This document shows positions 61,908 through 64,000 of a stretch of 64,000 bases of DNA, in pieces. The translations under genes were made by a program, and so were the position numbers. The notes beneath the pieces were generated by a model. It saw only the letters and a list, made by a program, of their open reading frames with translations, was not told the DNA's origin and made no database searches. The number at the start of each line of letters is the position of its first letter. The first letter of the stretch is position 1. The DNA is from Nitrosopumilaceae archaeon (GTDB lineage: Archaea; Thermoproteota; Nitrososphaeria; Nitrososphaerales; Nitrosopumilaceae): the NCBI GenBank assembly GCA_965203465.1, contig CBDBCR010000004.1:14277-78276 (forward strand). Direction: 5' to 3'.

Positions 61908-62927
61908 GTGTACCGCGTGTCGATGATAAGGGGCGACGGGATAGGCCCCGAACTCGCAGACGCCGGCCGGCGCGTGCTCGAGGCGGCCTCGGACAGGTTC
62001 GGCCTGTCGGTGGACGTCGAGCAGCTGGAGGCCGGCGACGGGGCGCTTGCCTCGCGCGGCAGGGCGCTGCCCGACGACGTCTTCGAGGCGGTCAAAAACT
62101 CGGACGCCTGCCTAAAGGCGCCGGTCGGCGAGAGCGCCGCCGACGTGATAGTGGCGCTGCGCAGGCGCCTGGACCTGTACGCCAACATCCGGCCGGCGGT
62201 CTCGTACCCGGGCACGCCGGCGCTGCGCCCCGACATCGACATGGTCATAGTGCGCGAAAACACCGAGGACCTGTACACCGGCGCCGAGATAGATTTGGGC
62301 GACTCGGCCGTCGCCCTGCGGCAGGTCTCGCGCCGGGCCTCGGAGCGCATAGCCCACCGCGCGTTCCGCACGGCCCTGCGGAGGGACAGGATGCGCGTGA
62401 CGTGCGTGCACAAGTCCAACGTCATGCGGGTCTCGGACGGCCTCTTTGCGGGAGCATGCGAGGGCGTGGCGTCGCAGTACCCCGGCGTGGAATTCGAGCA
62501 CATGTACGTCGACGCGTGCGCCATGGACATCATACGCAGGCCCGAGCGGTTCGACGTCATAGTCACCACCAACATGTTCGGCGACATATTGTCCGACGAA
62601 TCCTCGCAGGCGGCCGGCGGCCTGGGCATGGCGCCGGCGGCCAACCTGGGCGACTCGTTCGGCCTGTTCGAGCCGGTCCACGGGGCCGCCTTCGACATCG
62701 CCGGCACCGACTCGGCCAACCCGTGCTCGTTCATCCTGTCGGCAAAGATGATGCTCGAGTGGCTCGCCGAGCGGAGGGGCGACAAGATCTGCTCCGAGGC
62801 CGCCTCGGCGGTCGGCTCTGCCGTGCTGGCCATGGCAAGAGCGGGCAGGACCACGCGCGACGTGGGCGGCCGGCTCTCGACCTCGGGGTTTGCAGGCGAG
62901 GTCTGCGAAAAGATCTCAGGGGGATAG
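61908..62927 (+). CDS. leuB: Isocitrate/isopropylmalate dehydrogenase family (LeuB-like)
   Basis: GDGIGPE, VRENTEDLY, VHKSNV, NMFGDILSD, EPVHGAAFDIAG. Confidence 0.85.
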   Translation: MYRVSMIRGDGIGPELADAGRRVLEAASDRFGLSVDVEQLEAGDGALASRGRALPDDVFEAVKNSDACLKAPVGESAADVIVALRRRLDLYANIRPAVSYPGTPALRPDIDMVIVRENTEDLYTGAEIDLGDSAVALRQVSRRASERIAHRAFRTALRRDRMRVTCVHKSNVMRVSDGLFAGACEGVASQYPGVEFEHMYVDACAMDIIRRPERFDVIVTTNMFGDILSDESSQAAGGLGMAPAANLGDSFGLFEPVHGAAFDIAGTDSANPCSFILSAKMMLEWLAERRGDKICSEAASAVGSAVLAMARAGRTTRDVGGRLSTSGFAGEVCEKISGG

Positions 62928-64000
62928 GCGGTCGGGATCGCGCGGGTACAGCACCGCCTCGCGCACGTTGTCGAGGCCCGCCAGGACCGCCATCAGCCTG
63001 TCGAGGCCCATGCCCCACCCCGAGTGCGGCGGCATGCCCCACTCGAACGAGCTGAGGTGTCCCTCAAAGTCGGCCGGATCCAGGCCCTGTTCGCGCAGCC
63101 GATCCCGCATGGCGCCGACCTCGTGCAGGCGCGTGCCGCCCGAGGACAGCTCCAGGTACCCGTGCTGCAGGTCGAACGAGCGCGACAGACCGGGCTCGCC
63201 GTCCTTTTCGCGTATGTAGAACGGCTTTAGCGCGGTGGGCCAGTCGGTCAAAAAGTAGAACCCGGGGTGCTTTTGCCCCAGCAGCCTCAGGTGGGCGTCC
63301 GCCAGATCCTCGCCGTCCGATATTTTCTCCCCCATGCCGCGCAGCTCCGAGACGGCCTGCCCGTACGTTATCCTGGGGAACGGGGCCGACGGCGGCTCCA
63401 GGGTGCGGCCCAGCGCCCCGAGCTGCTCGCCGCACTCGCCGGCCGCAAAGGCGCACGCGTCCGAGACCAGCCTTTCGAGCACGTCCATGACGTCCGTATA
63501 GTCCATGAACGCGGCCTCTACGTCCACGCTGGTGAATTCGGCAAGGTGCCTGCCCGTGTGGGAGCTTTCGGCCCTGTAGAACGAGGCTATCTCGAAGACG
63601 CGCTCGAGGCCGAGGGTCATCTGCTCCTTGTACAGCTGGGGGCTCTGGGCCAGGTACGCCTGCCTGCCAAAGTATTCCAGGCCGAAGAGGTTGGCGCCGC
63701 CCTCGCTGGCGCTGCCGATTATCTTGGGCGTGCATATCTCGGTGAACTTTTCGGACAGGACGGCCCGCATGCGCTGGAGCACGCGGTGCCGGAGCACGAA
63801 TACGGCCGCCGTGCGCGGGTCGCGCATGTCCAGCGCCCTTGCGTTGAGGCGCGCGTCCATGAGGCTCTGCACCCTGCCGGTCGGGTCTATGGGCAGGCGG
63901 GCGGAGGCGCGGCCGAGCACCTCGACGGACGAGGCGAGCACCTCGCAGTCCAGACCCCGGGCCTTGGTAGGCTGGGCTGTCCCCGAGACGCTCACGGCGC
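62916..64000 (-). CDS. aspS: Second aspartyl-tRNA synthetase (5' end off window)
   Basis: SEGGANLF, LAQSPQLYKEQ, YRAE, PPHSGWGMGLDRL, YPRD. Confidence 0.9.
   Translation of the reverse strand, partial: AVSVSGTAQPTKARGLDCEVLASSVEVLGRASARLPIDPTGRVQSLMDARLNARALDMRDPRTAAVFVLRHRVLQRMRAVLSEKFTEICTPKIIGSASEGGANLFGLEYFGRQAYLAQSPQLYKEQMTLGLERVFEIASFYRAESSHTGRHLAEFTSVDVEAAFMDYTDVMDVLERLVSDACAFAAGECGEQLGALGRTLEPPSAPFPRITYGQAVSELRGMGEKISDGEDLADAHLRLLGQKHPGFYFLTDWPTALKPFYIREKDGEPGLSRSFDLQHGYLELSSGGTRLHEVGAMRDRLREQGLDPADFEGHLSSFEWGMPPHSGWGMGLDRLMAVLAGLDNVREAVLYPRDPDRLSP

Overview
GC-rich archaeal DNA, most likely a Nitrososphaerota (Cenarchaeum/Nitrosopumilaceae-like, possibly a sponge symbiont). This is inferred from purC, two aspS paralogues, a leuB-type dehydrogenase, Alba, DUF2299, a surface protein with a CxxCTPPTLG domain, and leaderless TATA-to-GTG starts. 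Core genes at both ends enclose a large accessory/defence region (~7.5-61.6 kb). Its centre is an unusual CRISPR locus with TWO different type I-G (I-U) interference cassettes in tandem. Cassette A (cas3-cas8-cas7-csb2) is bracketed by two 79-bp MITE-like elements. Cassette B is cas7-csb2-cas3-cas8g-like. A degenerate 4-repeat mini-array and a structured intergenic stretch lie between them. The locus also has a type IIG R-M gene, a ~55-repeat array, cas2 and a cas4-cas1 fusion. About 20 kb from the array, an AAA+/DUF4143 ATPase gene is broken by a 72-bp 'repeat-spacer-repeat' insertion with the geometry of an off-target spacer integration. The region also holds expanded paralogue families (7 TPR, 3 SWIM, 3 AAA+/DUF4143, 2 SEC-C), a type II R-M pair, an HNH-HIT fusion, a RelBE-like TA pair, IS5 and IS66 derivatives, and two helically phased AT-rich motif arrays. 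Several homopolymer frameshifts suggest long-read consensus errors, so pseudogene calls need caution. All family assignments are by motif recognition only; no searches were run.
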